Assembly (NCBI GenBank): GCA_951406725.2
Contig: OX597836.1
Coordinates: 30,690,001-30,754,000, forward strand
DNA length: 64,000 nt
Source of the DNA: Octopus vulgaris
Taxonomy: Eukaryota
Reading direction: 5' to 3'
Both the position numbers and the translations under genes were made by a program. The notes below the pieces were generated by a model, which was given only the letters and a program-made list of their open reading frames with translations, was not told the origin of the DNA and made no database searches. Positions 50,215 through 63,599 of this stretch are shown piece after piece; positions within the stretch are counted from its first letter, which is position 1; each line of letters begins with the position of its first letter.

Positions 50215-51601
50215 GAAGTAACTATTGAAGGTTCTAAACGTTCAGATCTTTTTTTCCACGATGAAGGATTTCTTACTTGTAACTTCCTTGTTTAGGAAGT
50301 TCATCCTCATGGCAAAATGATTTATTCTGCTTTGTGAACTTGGCGAAGTTTCCTGCTGTGAACTTATATTATTTGCATATATCTTTATTTTCTCCATAAA
50401 CTGTGGCTGCACTGGGCCTCCGCTTTGAAGGTTTTAGTCGGAAAAATTGACTCCACTACTTATTTTTAAGTCGCGTACTTTTCTATCGGTCACTTTGGCT
50501 GAATCGCTATATCACGAAGACGTAAACAAACCAACCCAGTTGTTAAGCTGTGGTGACGGTGGTGGAGACCAATACACGTTACGACGGGCTTCCACAGTTT
50601 CTGTTACCTAAAGTCATTCACGAGGCATTGGTCAGCCGTAGGCTATAGTAGCAGGCATTGGTTCAAAGTGCCACGCAGTGGAACCGAACCCTAGACAACG
50701 TGGATACAAACCGTACTTCGTATCGACACGACTATGCCTGCCTAAATATTGTGTGTGTCGGAGCTGTATATGTTTGTCAAATTGCGATTTTTCTTTAAAA
50801 TCGTTTAGTTAGGAGGGTAAGGCAATATCCATGACCCTTTACACTGTTTCCAGGACTGGTGGGATAGAAGAATCTTTAAATCTGAGGCCGGGTCCCGCAC
50901 ACCTACACAGGTGTGCCCCACTCCCGATTTTGTTGCCTCGTAACGTTTAAAAAAATCGGTATTTCTTTAATGAAATTTTCTGCAAATAGTTTTTTAATTG
51001 GTGTAGATTACGATCATATGGGAATTTAACGCGAAAATCTGCTGAGCGCACACACATTCATCAAGTTTCGTTTTGTATATATGTATATATATATATAGAG
51101 AAAGAGTAATATGCAAAGGTAAGATCCAAAGATCAAGGCGTAGGAAGTTAGTGAGCTTCAAGCAATCCGTAGAAGTATAAAAAACTATATTCAGGAACAA
51201 TAGTGAACAAATTGCTTACCAACCACATGGTTCTGGGTTCATTCCCACTGCGTGGCTCCTTGGGCAAACGTCTTCTACTATAGCCTCAGGCCAACCAAAG
51301 CCTTATGAGTGGATTTGGTAGATGGAAACTGAAAGAAGCCTGTCGTACATATGTATATATATGTGTGTGTGTGTGTGTATGTATAGTTTTTCGTAGAGGC
51401 ACAGCTGGTAATTAGGGGTGCTGGGTGAATATGGTGGCATGCTGTCGAAAATAGTCCACTTGATGCTGAGAGTTTTGTCTCGGTGATCACCAAGTCTCCA
51501 AAGAAGTGCAACAGGGAAGTGGAGTTCTCTCTGTCCCTGGATCTAAATGAATGCAGGTACTGGGAACATCTTCCCTTATATATATATATATATATATATA
51601 T

Positions 51602-51803
51602 AGTTAATCCAAACATGAAAACACAAAGAGAAAACACAACAATGCGAGGACGTGGAACAAGTATAGTATTATTGGACACTCAGGAAAGAATGAGGGTTTA
51701 ACGTTTTGAGCGGAGCTCTTCGTCAGAAACATAGGAAAAGGAAAGATCCAAAGAAGGGAAGATGGGGGGAAAAAAAATCACCAACGGTACACACGCGGTC
51801 ACA
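51602..51803 (-). mobile_element. Hammerhead-motif element with core G12->A mutation
   Basis: Close relative of 15241-15421. Motif at 51696-51730 reads CTGACGA...GCTC-AAAA. The 3' end abuts (TA)n. Confidence 0.6.
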
Positions 51804-51944
51804 CATCTATCTTGTCTGTCTTTATATATGTATTTATAAATTGTCACCTGGTGCCTGTATTAAAAAAAAAATTAGTAGGCAATATTATACCATTGAATTC
51901 TAAATAGTAACTAAATGTCAATTTTTTTTTTTATTTCTTTAAAG

Positions 51945-52073
51945 ATAAGAATCCTGAAAACATAACTGAGAGTACAATTCAGTTCCGGTGTATTAAGCAA
52001 GCATATGAAGTCCTCAGTGATCCACAAGAAAGAGCTTGGTATGACAAGCATAGAGATGCTATACTTCATGGAG
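51945..52073 (+). CDS. DNAJC21: DNAJC21 exon 2
   Basis: ttaaag|...|gtatgt. Encodes (D)[42 protein letters not shown], completing the HPD motif and J domain. Confidence 0.95.
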
Positions 52074-53601
52074 GTATGTAGGTCACAACATTATTCTCAT
52101 TCATCACCATCATCATCATCATTTAACATCTGCTTTCCATGCCAGCATGCATGGGTTGGACGGCTTGACAGGAGCTGGCTAGTCCAGGGGCCCTCACCAG
52201 GTTCCATAATCTGTTTCGGTTTGGTTTCTACAGTTGGGTGCCATTCCTAATGCCAACCACTTTACAAGTGTACTAGGTGCTTTTTATGTGGCACCGACAC
52301 CAGTGCTTTTTTGTGTGCCACCATCACCAGTGCTTTTTATGTGACACCAGCATCAACACCAATGCTTTTTACATGGCACCTTGGTTTTTGGGGCATCAGA
52401 TCTATTGTAGTGGGCAGGTATTCTTGAATACAGCAATGTACCACATATTTCAGTTCTCTGTTGTCTTTGTAAAGCTCAGTGTTTTGAGGTCAGCCTCTCC
52501 ACAAAACATAGTAGCTATGTTGCTCCTCTAAAACAAGAGCCTGCTCTATTCCACCCATTTCTTTCATACCTTGGCCCCCATATAGTGTAGAGATGCTCAC
52601 CTACTCTTTGGGTTTTATAGACTTGTGTGTGAGCTTCATGGTGACCTCAGTAGTGTTGGTGACCTCAAAACAAAGCACCTGGTACATGCTATAAAGTGGT
52701 TGGTGTTAGGAAGGGCATCCAGCTATAGAAATCATTGCAAAACTGACATAGGTACCTGATGCAGCTCTGTGTTTCGTCCGATCCAATCCATGTCAACATG
52801 GAAAACAGACGTTAATTGATGATGATGATTAAGTCTACATTGACATAAAGTACTGTAATTTGCCTGTAAAGCTTATAGGGGGTCAATGAGTGCATCAGGT
52901 GTGTGGTGTTTTATGTCTTTTAATTGTGTTTTTTCCCATATGAGAAATGAGGCTTTGATGCTTTGACACCATTCAGACAAGTCCTTAACAATTCTCTTTA
53001 CTTTGCACCTTATCTCAAGAACCATACCCTTACAACCAGTTTTACAGTACAGCTCCTCAACAGGTTTGCCTCAGACACACATTATGATGCTATATGACTG
53101 TAATGTATGGAACAATTAGAGTAGAATGTGTTATTTATGATTTGTGTGAAGGCACAATCACAGGAGTCTGTGATCTGGATATGAAAAAATATGAAATACC
53201 TCATCATTGTTTAACGTCCACTTTCCATATTAGCATGGGTTGGACGATTTGACTGAGGGCTGGCGAACAAGATGGCTGCACCAGGGCTCCAATCTTGATC
53301 TGGCAGAGTTTCTACAGTCGGATGCCCTTCCTAACGCCAACCACTCCAAGAGTGTAGTGGGTGCTTTTATGTGCCACCATCACGAGGGCCAGTCAGGCGG
53401 TACTGGCAACAGCCACACTCAAATGGTGTTTTTACGTGCCACCTGCACAGGAGCCAGTCCAGCGACACTGGCAACAACCTCGCTCGAATGTTTTTTCATG
53501 TGCCACCTGCACAAGTGCCACCAAGGTCTTCTCACTTGTTATAATTTCCCTAATGCTTTATTTGCTTGTTTTAAATAGGTTTGTTGTTTATATTTTTGCA
53601 G

Positions 53602-53693
53602 GACTCGGCAAAGGGGATTTTGAAGACAACAGCTTGAATATTTTCCAGTTTTTCAACTCTTCCTGTTATTCTGGATATGGTGATGATGAAAAT
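53602..53693 (+). CDS. DNAJC21: DNAJC21 exon 3
   Basis: ttgcag|...|gtaagt. Encodes (G)LGKGDFEDNSLNIFQFFNSSCYSGYGDDEN. Confidence 0.93.
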
Positions 53694-54624
53694 GTAAGTC
53701 TCTGTCACAATACCACTCACCATTCTTTCTTCTCGTCTACTTGATCTAATGGCACATTTTAATTTTCAATTTTTGAATGTTCTACTTGTTAACATCCAAC
53801 CACTACCTTATTTGTATCTCTTTCATCTATGTATCTCCTCTATTAGCAAAACATCCGTACTTGTCCCTCTGTTATATTTTAACCTCTCAATAGATAGCAT
53901 AAAGCCACCTGTCTCCACCTTCTCTTCTCAGATACCCACCTCTAAGTACTGGGAGCTTTTTCCTTGTTCGTTTTGTGTCTTGCAAGTTACATGCTGACCT
54001 CACAAGTGCCATCATCATCATTTAACATCTGCCTTCCATGCTGGCATGGGTTGGACAGTTTGACCAGAGCCGGAAAAACCCAGAGGTTGTACCATGACTA
54101 CGATTTCATGTAGCTTAACACATCTTCTTAAGCACAGTAAATTGCCAAAAGTCTCAATCACTTGTCATCACTTACATGAGACTCAACTTCTGAAGATCAT
54201 ACTTCACCACCTCATCCCATGTCTTCCTAGTTCTACCTCTTTCCCAGGTTCCTTCCATAGTAAGAGATCAGCTCTTCTTTATGCAGCTGTCCTTGTCCAT
54301 ATACCTATGATTTTTTAATGTTTGCGTTCCATTTACCAAATCCACTCACATCGTTTTGGTTGGCCTGGTGGCTAATAGAATACACTTGCCCAAAATTCCA
54401 CATAGTGGGACTGAACCCATGGTCACATGATTGGAAAGCAAGACTCTTAACCACGCAGCCATGCCTTCTCCTATGAACCATTTGAGATCCATAGAATTGG
54501 ATTCATCGGATTTATTTCTATGGAACAATTATACCTAATTTTTTTACACTGCTACTTTACGAGATTGTTTTTGTCAATGTCCTTATGTCCTTAAATGTTC
54601 TTTTTATTATTCTTTTCTTTGAAG

Positions 54625-54750
54625 GGATTTTACAGTGTATATAGAAATGTCTTTGACATCCTTGCTGAGGAAGATTATAACTACATGGAGAATAAGGACC
54701 CCGACATGAAAATCCCTTCATTTGGCCGGAGTGATAGCAATTTTGATGAG
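54625..54750 (+). CDS. DNAJC21: DNAJC21 exon 4
   Basis: ttgaag|...|gtcagt. Encodes GFYSVYRNVFDILAEED...PSFGRSDSNFDE. Confidence 0.93.
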
Positions 54751-55890
54751 GTCAGTATTGATTGTACCAATTTTTAATAGTTCTGTAATGGACACAGAAT
54801 GCTTTGTGGTGTTTAGCCCAGCTCTTTTCTATTCCGTATTCTTGGTGGGTTGGCAAGTTATAAAATGCTTTAGATCATAGGTTTGTTCAGTCATGGCTGA
54901 CTTAAGCAATGATAACAACACCAACAAAGCCCTCCATCCTTACATTACAATCATTATTTAACTTCCATTTTTCCATGCTTGCTTAGTTTGGATGGAGTTT
55001 ATTTGAAGCAAATTTTCTGTGGTTTAGTACCTTTCCTGCTGTCAGTCTTCACCTGTTTCCAAGCAAGGCAGTATTTCCTTATGGTCAAACATACTCTTGC
55101 AGAATATTGGAAATGAATGACACTGCTTGTATGGCAGTGGCACTCATCTACAAATACAACACTAAGTTAAAACAAGGTTTCTCTCCCATACACACACACA
55201 CACACACGCATGCATGCATGTGCGCGCACACACACATAAATACATAAATATATATCATGGTATTATCAGATGTTATTCATCACTGGTCACAGGGCACTTC
55301 ACATTGCTTTAGCTTTCAATTGATGCCACCCTGCTGGCTAGGCGAGCTGGCCAACATTCCACCTGATCAGAAGGCTATTCCATCGCAGGGCCCATTTACA
55401 GTTGAATGGACTGACATGTTAACTTATTCTATCAACATGCTACCTTAATAGAAAGGACCCCTTTTAGTCATGAATGACCATGAGATTGCCCCTAGAAAGT
55501 TCCCTTCTGAGGCACAGGTCCAGGCAAAGTTGTTTATGGAAGATCAGTAGTCACCCATGCATACCAGCCTCTCTCTCTCCATGCCTCTGATGTTATCCAA
55601 GGGAAAGGCAAAGGCCGATACAGCTTGGAACTAGTGACATTACAACTCGTTTCTATAGCTGAGTGAACTGCAGCAATATGAAAAATGTAGTGACTTGCCC
55701 AAGTATACAACATACAGCCCAGTCTGGGAATTGAACTCACTACCTCATGATTGTGAGCCTGATGCTCTAACCACTGTGCCATGTGCCTTAATACTAATAC
55801 TAATATTAATTTCATTTTCTTGTAAATGCAGGAAATAACGTTACTCTTAACGTTTGTGTTCATCTAAAGAATATATTTATATTTTCTTAG

Positions 55891-56064
55891 GTTGTTAATG
55901 TGTTCTATGGTTATTGGTCAAGTTACTGCACAGCTAAATCCTATGTCTGGGTTGAGAAATTTGACACACGAGAGGCACCCGAGCGGCGAACTCGACGCTT
56001 GATGGAAGCTGAAAACAAAAAACTTCGTGATGCTGCAAAGAAAGAAAGAAACGAAGAAATTCGC
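55891..56064 (+). CDS. DNAJC21: DNAJC21 exon 5
   Basis: tcttag|...|gtgagt. Encodes VVNVFYGYWSSYCTAKSYVWVEKFDTREAPERRTRRLMEAENKKLRDAAKKERNEEIR. Confidence 0.95.
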
Positions 56065-56902
56065 GTGAGTACTACCTTACTGTCTGTTTCGGTGAACCTG
56101 TAAAAATGTTTTTCGTCAAAGCTCACTCTTGAAAATTTATGCTATTTTTTCATCATCATCAACATCATTTTAATGTCCACTTTTCCATGCTTGTATGGGA
56201 CAGATTTTCTACAGCCAGATGCCCTTCCTGTCATCAACCCTTGCCTGTTTCCAAATAAATTAATTTTTTCACTGAAGATTGGAAACAAAGGACACTGCTT
56301 ATATCTATATATAGAGAGAGAGATGAGCATGACTGTGTGGTTAAAAAATTTGGTTCCCAACCACATTGTTTTGGGTTCGGTTCCCCTGTGTGAAACCTCA
56401 GGCAAGTGTCTTCTATAACGATGGGCTGACTAAAGCTTTGTGAGCTGATATTATTCCTTATTTCATTATTGCCTACAAGAGGCTAAACATAGCGGGGACA
56501 AACAAGGACAGACAAAGGGATTAAGTTAATTACATCGACCCCCAGAGCGTAACTGGTACTTAATTTATCGACTCCAAAAGGATAAAAGGCAAAGTCAACC
56601 TCGGCAGAATTTGAACTCAGAACATAATGGCAGATGAAATACCTGTTTCTTTATTACCCACAAGGGGCTAAACATAGAGGGGACAAACGGATTAAGTCGA
56701 TTACATCGACTCCAGTGCGTAACTGGTACTTAATTTATCGACTCCGAAACGATGAAAGGCAAAGTCGACCTCGGCAGAATTTGGACTCAGAACATAACGG
56801 CAGACAAAAAACTGCTAAGCATTTCGCCCGGTGTGCTAATGTTTCTGCCAGCATGCCACCTTTGAGCTGATATTGTTCCTGGAAACTGAAAGATGCTCGT
56901 CA

Positions 56903-56950
<48 letters not shown>

Positions 56951-57318
56951 AGTGTGTGCATACATACATGCACATTTGTGCATGAGTGTGTAATGTGTGT
57001 GTTTGTGTCCATTTGCTGTGACATTGCATGCTTGTTGTAATACGAGTTTCTCCATCATACAAGCAGTGTTGTTTATTTCTAATCTTCCATGTAAACATGT
57101 CCAAACCATGGGATGATATTACCTTACTTGGAAACAACTGAAGTTTGATGTCAGGATCGGCATCTGACTGTAGAAAATCTGCTTCAATGAATTCTGTCTG
57201 ACACGTGCAAGTATGAAAAAGTGGATGTTAAATTAGTGATTATAGTTTTGGAGTTGTACATGTTTTTCTTGGACTTAAAACAATATTATATTGTGGATGA
57301 GTTACAATATTCACTTAA

Positions 57319-57525
57319 CCCTTTAGTGTTCAGATTACTCTGTTAAATGTAATACTTTTTCACTCAAATTGTTTTGAATTACTCATGCATTATCTTACAG
57401 TTTTGAGGTTTCAATGATGTGATTGCTTATTTTTAGGTTAGGTGTGAGAGGTTAGATATGGCTAGTTCAAATATAGAACAAGTAAAATATCTGGGCCAGA
57501 TGTGGTCGGTTTAAATACTAAAGGG
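57319..57525. mobile_element. Second TTAA-type MITE family
   Basis: TTAA|ccctttagt...actaaaggg|TTAA. Relatives near 13459-13677, 17225-17365 and 44740-44855. Confidence 0.7.
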
Positions 57526-58378
57526 TTAAAATACTGCAGGGAATTTTTGATAGTGATCAGGTTATAAATGTATAGCAAATTATTTTGATATTTTATAATG
57601 TGTGTCAGTGTGTCTCTGTAATATATGTAATTTTGTCATAAAGTTAAGCAAAAGAGAATGTACAACACTTAACTATGTGTGGCCTAGTGGTTAGGGTGTT
57701 GCACTCACAATCTTGTGATTGAGGTTTCGATTCCTAGATTATGTGGTGCGTTGTGTTCTTGAGGAAGAGACTTCAGTTCATGTTGTTCCAGTCCTCTCAG
57801 CTGTAAATGAGTAACCATACAATGGACTGGCATTAGATCCAGAGGAAAGGTTTACCTTGCCTACAGGGTGGCATCATTTGAAGACTACAACCTTGCAAGG
57901 AAGCACATTGTGATCAGCGATGTATAACAACATCCAGTAGCCTAGTTGATACAGTGATACATCATCATCATCGTTTAACGTCCGTTCTCCATGCTAGCAT
58001 GGGTTGGATGGTTCGACCTGGGATCTGGGAAGCCAGAAGGCTGCACCAGGCTCAAGTCTGATCTGGCAGTGTTTCTACAGCTGGATGCCCTTCCTAACGC
58101 CAACCACTCCGTGAGTGTAGTGGGTGCTTTTTACGTACCACCAGCACAGGTGCCAGGCGAGGCTGGCAACGGCCACGATCGGATTGGTGCTTTTTATGTG
58201 CCACCGGCACGGAAACCAGTCAAGGTGGTGCTGGCATAAGCATATTTTAAACAGATATAGATTTTGTGATTCTCTCTTTGATTCAGTTTATTATTTGTAA
58301 TTGTTAGATTTTTTGTTCTTAATTTCATGTAATCTGATTAGTTATTAACATTTATTGTGTATCATTTGTTTTTTACAG

Positions 58379-58429
58379 CAACTGGTAGCTTTTGTTAAAA
58401 AGAGAGACAAACGAGTAAAAGCTCATAAG
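58379..58429 (+). CDS. DNAJC21: DNAJC21 exon 6 (51 nt)
   Basis: ttacag|...|gtaagg. Encodes QLVAFVKKRDKRVKAHK (conserved LVAF..KRDKRV). Confidence 0.93.
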
Positions 58430-58617
58430 GTAAGGGACACGAACCTGTTAGAATTGGTTGTTTCATTTAATTACAAATATTAATTAAAGTACTTGCTATT
58501 GTTTTAATTCAATTTTATTGGCATTACCATGTAAGTGTGAAGTTTCTGTGTTCAGTCGCAGATGTCTCACTACATGTTATCTTGGGCAGCAGTATTCTAC
58601 CATAACCTAAGCTTATA

Positions 58618-59156
58618 CCGTAAATCCTCTAGTATAATCCGCATTTGTTCCCAAAAATTTAACGGTCAAAATCCCTAGTGTGTACTATATACGAGATTAA
58701 AAATGAAAATTTAAAGGTCAAAATCCCTAGTGCGTACTATATACGAGGTTAAAAATGAAAATTATTTTCTATGCAATGTTGTCTGGCTATGTTAATTCAG
58801 ACGCATTTTGTGATGTCAGGCACGAAAATACCTTAAGCTAAGCCTGAAAGCAATGAAGTCATATAATGATCATCCATAACTTGTAGTAAGCAACATTTAT
58901 TACATGTTATTACTGTATTTTCTGCAAACAAAATGCCCAAAAATGCTACACGTTTGCATTATGTTATATATACAATAATAATAAAGGACGTTACCATATA
59001 CATTTTTACAAACCAAGGACATTATATAGACCTCCTTGACTCAAGTTAGAGAAGGGGTGCATATTATACACAAGGTTTAAGTTTTTCAGAGGTACAGCCC
59101 GCTAAAAATCCCCTGCGTATTATACTCAAGGGCGGACTATACTTGAGGATTTATGG
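58618..59156. mobile_element. Tc/pogo-like MITE with an internal tandem duplication of about 52 bp
   Basis: TA|ccgtaaatcctctagtata ... tatacttgaggatttatgg. Duplicated aaaattta..ggtcaaaatccctagtg unit at about 58656-58761. Confidence 0.65.
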
Positions 59157-60562
59157 GAATTGAAATTTTGCGGACAGAAGCTTTGCAGAAGCCTAACAAA
59201 TATATAAGGGTGTGTATGTGTGTATTAATGTGGAATGGATAGAATTGGTGCATTGAACAAATAATGCATTTTGTGGTGGAAGGGAATATACAGCACAATT
59301 TCAAAAATTGCTTTTATTTTTCATCTTAAATGTATATTTGATATCTCAGCTTTATCTATGCCAAACAAATGTTGCTTAATTCGCATTCTATCACATTGAA
59401 ATCTAAGTTGGAGGGCCAAATTAAACAAGCAAGCAATGGACACGGGATTCCAAGCATTGTAGAGACAAATAGCTACCTAAATCAAATCTATAAACTAGTT
59501 ATAAGTTGGTTTCAAATTTTGGCACAAGGCCAGTAATTTCAAGGGAGGGGATCAGTTGATTTCATGAACCTTAGTACTCAATTGCTACTTATTTCATCGA
59601 ATGAAAGGTAAAGTTGACCTTGATGGAATTTGAACTCTGATCATAAAGACAGATGAAACACTGCTAAGTATTTTGCCCAGTGTGCTAACAATTCTGCCAG
59701 CTTACCACCTTAAGCTAGCTATAAATCAAAGATAAAATTTTTAAAAATTCCAATTGTATTCTTGTTCCAATAAATCAGCACCTATTCAAATTTGTATATA
59801 ATTCACTCACTCATAAAAAATATGGAGCTAAAACATCAATATTCTTTGGAAAACTTTAAATGGCTTTTGTGGCAAATTTGTAAACTTTTGAATATTTCCT
59901 TATAATACCATGTAGTATTTAGATATAGCTGAGTTATCTTCCTTACACCAAACAGATGTTTTCGTTTTAAGTATATTTTTCCATGCTACCATGGGTTGGG
60001 GGAGTAGATTTTTATGAGGTATTTTTTTATAACTGGATGCTCTTCTTATTGTTAGCACTTAGCTAACACTTACCTGTCTTTGAAATAAGACATTTTTCAT
60101 TCGTCTTCGAATGTTTGTAGCTCAGTGTTTTCATACAAAATGCAGAATGTAAATATTCAGAGAGAGACATACACTCACACACACACACACACACATAAAT
60201 ACTCACCCACACATATATATAATATATACATATATGTGTTTGTGTGTATAAAAATATATGGCAGACTTCCATACAGTTTCTATCTACCAATTTCGCTTAC
60301 AAGGCATTTGTCAGTTCAAGGCTTCAGTAGAAAATACTTACCCGTGGCACAGAGAAGTGACATAGAACTTGAGATCACATGTTAACAAAGTAGACTATAT
60401 CCGCACAGCCAAACTGGATTAGAACAAGGAACCTTTACCTCTAAATTAAGAATCATTATCATAAATTGTCTTAATTAAGAATCATTATCTAAATTAAGAA
60501 CCATTATCATTAATATTGGTGCTGACTGTTCATATGTCTAACAAAAATCCTAATATCATATA

Positions 60563-60971
60563 CTCTTTACTCTTTTACTTGTTTCAGTCATTTGACTGCG
60601 GCCATGCTGGAGCACCGCCCTTTAGTTGAGCATATCGACCCCAGGACTTATTCTTTGTAAGCCTAGTACTTATACTATTGGTCTCTTTTGCCGAACCGCT
60701 AAGTTACAGAGACGTAAACACACCAGCATCGGTTGTCAAGCGATGTTAGGGAGACAAACACAGACACACAAATGCACATACACACACATACATATATACA
60801 TATATATACGACGGGCTTCTTTCAATTTCCGTCTACCAAATCCACTCACAAGGCTTTGGTCGGCCCGAGGCTATAGTAGAAGACACTTGCCCAAGGTGCC
60901 ACGCAGTGGGACTGAACCCGGAACCATGTGGTTCATAAGCAAGCTACTTACCACACAGCCACTCCTACGCC
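60563..60971 (-). mobile_element. SINE family A copy
   Basis: Full-length reverse complement of family A. Confidence 0.85.
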
Positions 60972-61154
60972 TTAATTAACATGTTTTTTAATTGTTTAGA
61001 ATATCTGGCCATAATATATTAGCTTTTGAACTAGCTAGGCTTCTAACTAATTCTCATTATTTTTTTTTACTAGAATTTAGGCAGATAGATGATTATGGTA
61101 GGTTTTATTCTATTAAACTTTACATTCACTTTAAGCTTTATTTCCCATTTTCAG

Positions 61155-61234
61155 GAAGAATTGGAAAGAAGAGCTCTTGAATTGGCTCAGAAAAGTGAAG
61201 AAATGCGGAAAAAACAAGTACGAGAAAGATTGAA
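61155..61234 (+). CDS. DNAJC21: DNAJC21 exon 7
   Basis: tttcag|...|gtaagc. Encodes the coiled-coil EELERRALELAQKSEEMRKKQVRERL(K). Phases fit. Confidence 0.88.
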
Positions 61235-62185
61235 GTAAGCATCTCTTCATTTAAATATCTTTCTTAGCAGCAAAAAATTCTCCCGTCAGAAATTTTCTTC
61301 TATCCTATGTTTTAATTACTTGTAGGGACATCGTATTTTGTTGTGCAACCATATTATACTACAAAGTATATTAAACACTTATAAGTCAATATTGTAGCTT
61401 ACCATGTTAGCAGTGCTATTAAATCATATGTTAACGTTGTCTCTACAGGTTTTCTGTAGAAATGTACACTGTGTCCTTGAGAAAAATGCTTCATTTCATA
61501 TTGCTCCAGTCCATTCAGCTGGTAGAAAGGAGTAATCTTGTGATGGACTGACATCATGTCCTAGAAGGAATGTGTATATATACCAGAGAAACCAGGAAAT
61601 CGGCCCTGTGCTCCTTATGGAGTAATGTGGACTAACCATCATCATTTTAACATCCACTTTTCCATGCTTGCATGGGTTGGATGGAATTTGTTGAGGTAGA
61701 CTTTTTCCCCAAGTAAGGTAAAATTTCCACATGGCCAGACATGTTTTCTGGGAGGATTGGAAAATAAAGGCACTGCTTAAATGTTGGTGACAGTCATTTA
61801 CGAACATCACTTAAAATAAAGATTTTTTTTTTTTGCAGATTGTTATTGTGCTATTGCTTACATGTTTCTGTATAAATCCGAACCATCCTTTGTCTCTGTA
61901 TTGTTCAAAATGATTTTGTGACCCTTGTCGCCAATAAAGAAAGAATTAATAAAAGGCAGTGGTTTGGTAGTCATTAAGGTTCTTTACAATCTGCATTGAA
62001 ATCTTTCATCGGTAAACTTTGCTTTTTGTTCTTTCAAGGGTCAATAGAATAAAGAACCACCCAAGTTTTGGGATCAGTATAATCAACAGTTCTTCACCCT
62101 ATAAATTTGCTTCTTTGTTAAAAATAATCATTGTTATTAAATATATTCATAATATTTTTATACACCTTGCTTTTTGTTTCTTCAG

Positions 62186-62298
62186 ATTGCTCGAAAATTA
62201 TCAAGAGCCAGAGTGGAGTGCCACGTCGAAGGTAGAGAAAGAAATTAAAGAATTAGAATCACTTCACCAGAAAGAGTTTGGTGATAAATTTTCCGAAG
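62186..62298 (+). CDS. DNAJC21: DNAJC21 exon 8; gene continues beyond the window (zinc fingers not seen)
   Basis: cttcag| acceptor. Encodes LLENYQEPEWSATSKVEKEIKELESLHQKEFGDKFSE. The donor gtgatt is weak, so the 3' boundary is less certain. Confidence 0.8.
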
Positions 62299-63599
62299 GT
62301 GATTTAAGTTTAATTATTATTACAAAGAAAGAAACTAAAAGAAGATACAGAGAAAGATCATTAATTTCTGTAACCTGTTTGTTGTTATTTAGTAATACTA
62401 CTACTAATAATAATTATTGATGTCACAGTAATGTCCAAGCTGAAGCATCACAGGGGGGTAGGGGGTGGCGACCCCTATTGTACTCTTTCACTCCAACTTT
62501 CTCTCACTCTTCCTTCCTGTTTCTTGTCCCCGACTTCCTACGCAACCGCTGAGCCTGGATGCGCATTCATCCATCCGTCGATGCTCTCAGTGTCGGGCGT
62601 TGACCTGCTTTCTCTTCTGCGGGTCTTACGAATAGCAAAGGACCATGTTTCGGACTTCTCCCATCTTGCGAGCTCTGTGGCGAAGACCATTCGCTCAACA
62701 GCAGCTGAGGCATCAAAAAGTCAAACTTACTGTATTCAGTTTGGGTTTCCATTGCTGTCCTCACTTGTGGCTAAGAATGTTGGGTAATGACTAACAGAAT
62801 GCGATTACAAATACAAGCTGCTGAAATAAGGTTTCTCCTGAGGATCTCTGGGATAATGCTACTTGACAGGATGCGTAGCTCAGAGTTCAAGGAATCTCTC
62901 CTGGTTGAGTCTCTACTTCTCTGCATTGAAAGGTCACAGCTCCGATATTACAGACGTGATTAAAATGTCATAAAAAGGAATCGCAAGAGAAATCTTTCAA
63001 GCCAAGCCAACAAGTAGGAGACTTAGGGTTAGGCCAAGAATGAAATGGTTGGATAATGTCCATAAGCTCAGGAATCCAACCAGAAAGTTTAATGACTATT
63101 GCTCTTGATAAGACCAAACGGAGGCAGTGCCTGAGGACTCTACCATCATAACCTTCCTGAGAAGGCAATGGTGAGCTGAGAAAGTGGCTAGATTGATGGA
63201 TATAAACCTCACCTGAGATAACCATGTAGTGGATGTCAGCTCTATATGAGGTAGTCATTTAGTTGATGTCACTTGTGTTTTTTCCCCCCTTTTTTCTCTC
63301 CTAGTCTAATAATGCAACTCAGCTCAATGTTCTTGACTGTGTTTTACTTAAAGCTACAACTTTAAAATCTGCCAAGCGTAATCTCTCTTCAGTATTTCCC
63401 ATTGATAATGGCTAAAGAGCTAGAAATACTGCATCTGGAAATCAGATAGGGAACAGTACTGGACAGATATGGTGTTTTTACACCTTTTACCATCAGATTG
63501 TTTTTTCTTCCCATGGTAACTACTGTAAATTTGCCTTTAAAAGTTGAAATACGTCAAACATTTTAATTTACCCAAAGTTCACTTATGCCTAAATACTGC

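Noticed and set aside
43866-57745. tRNA-like sequences at about 43870, 55715-55787 and 57678
   Set aside because: They have A/B boxes but no intact cloverleaf and continue into SINE bodies, so they are SINE heads, not tRNA genes.
12182-60979. Recurrent ORFs with RRASFSFRLPNPLTRLWSARGYSRRHLPK or RNWYLIYRPRKDERQSRPRRNL
   Set aside because: Antisense translations of SINE families A and B.
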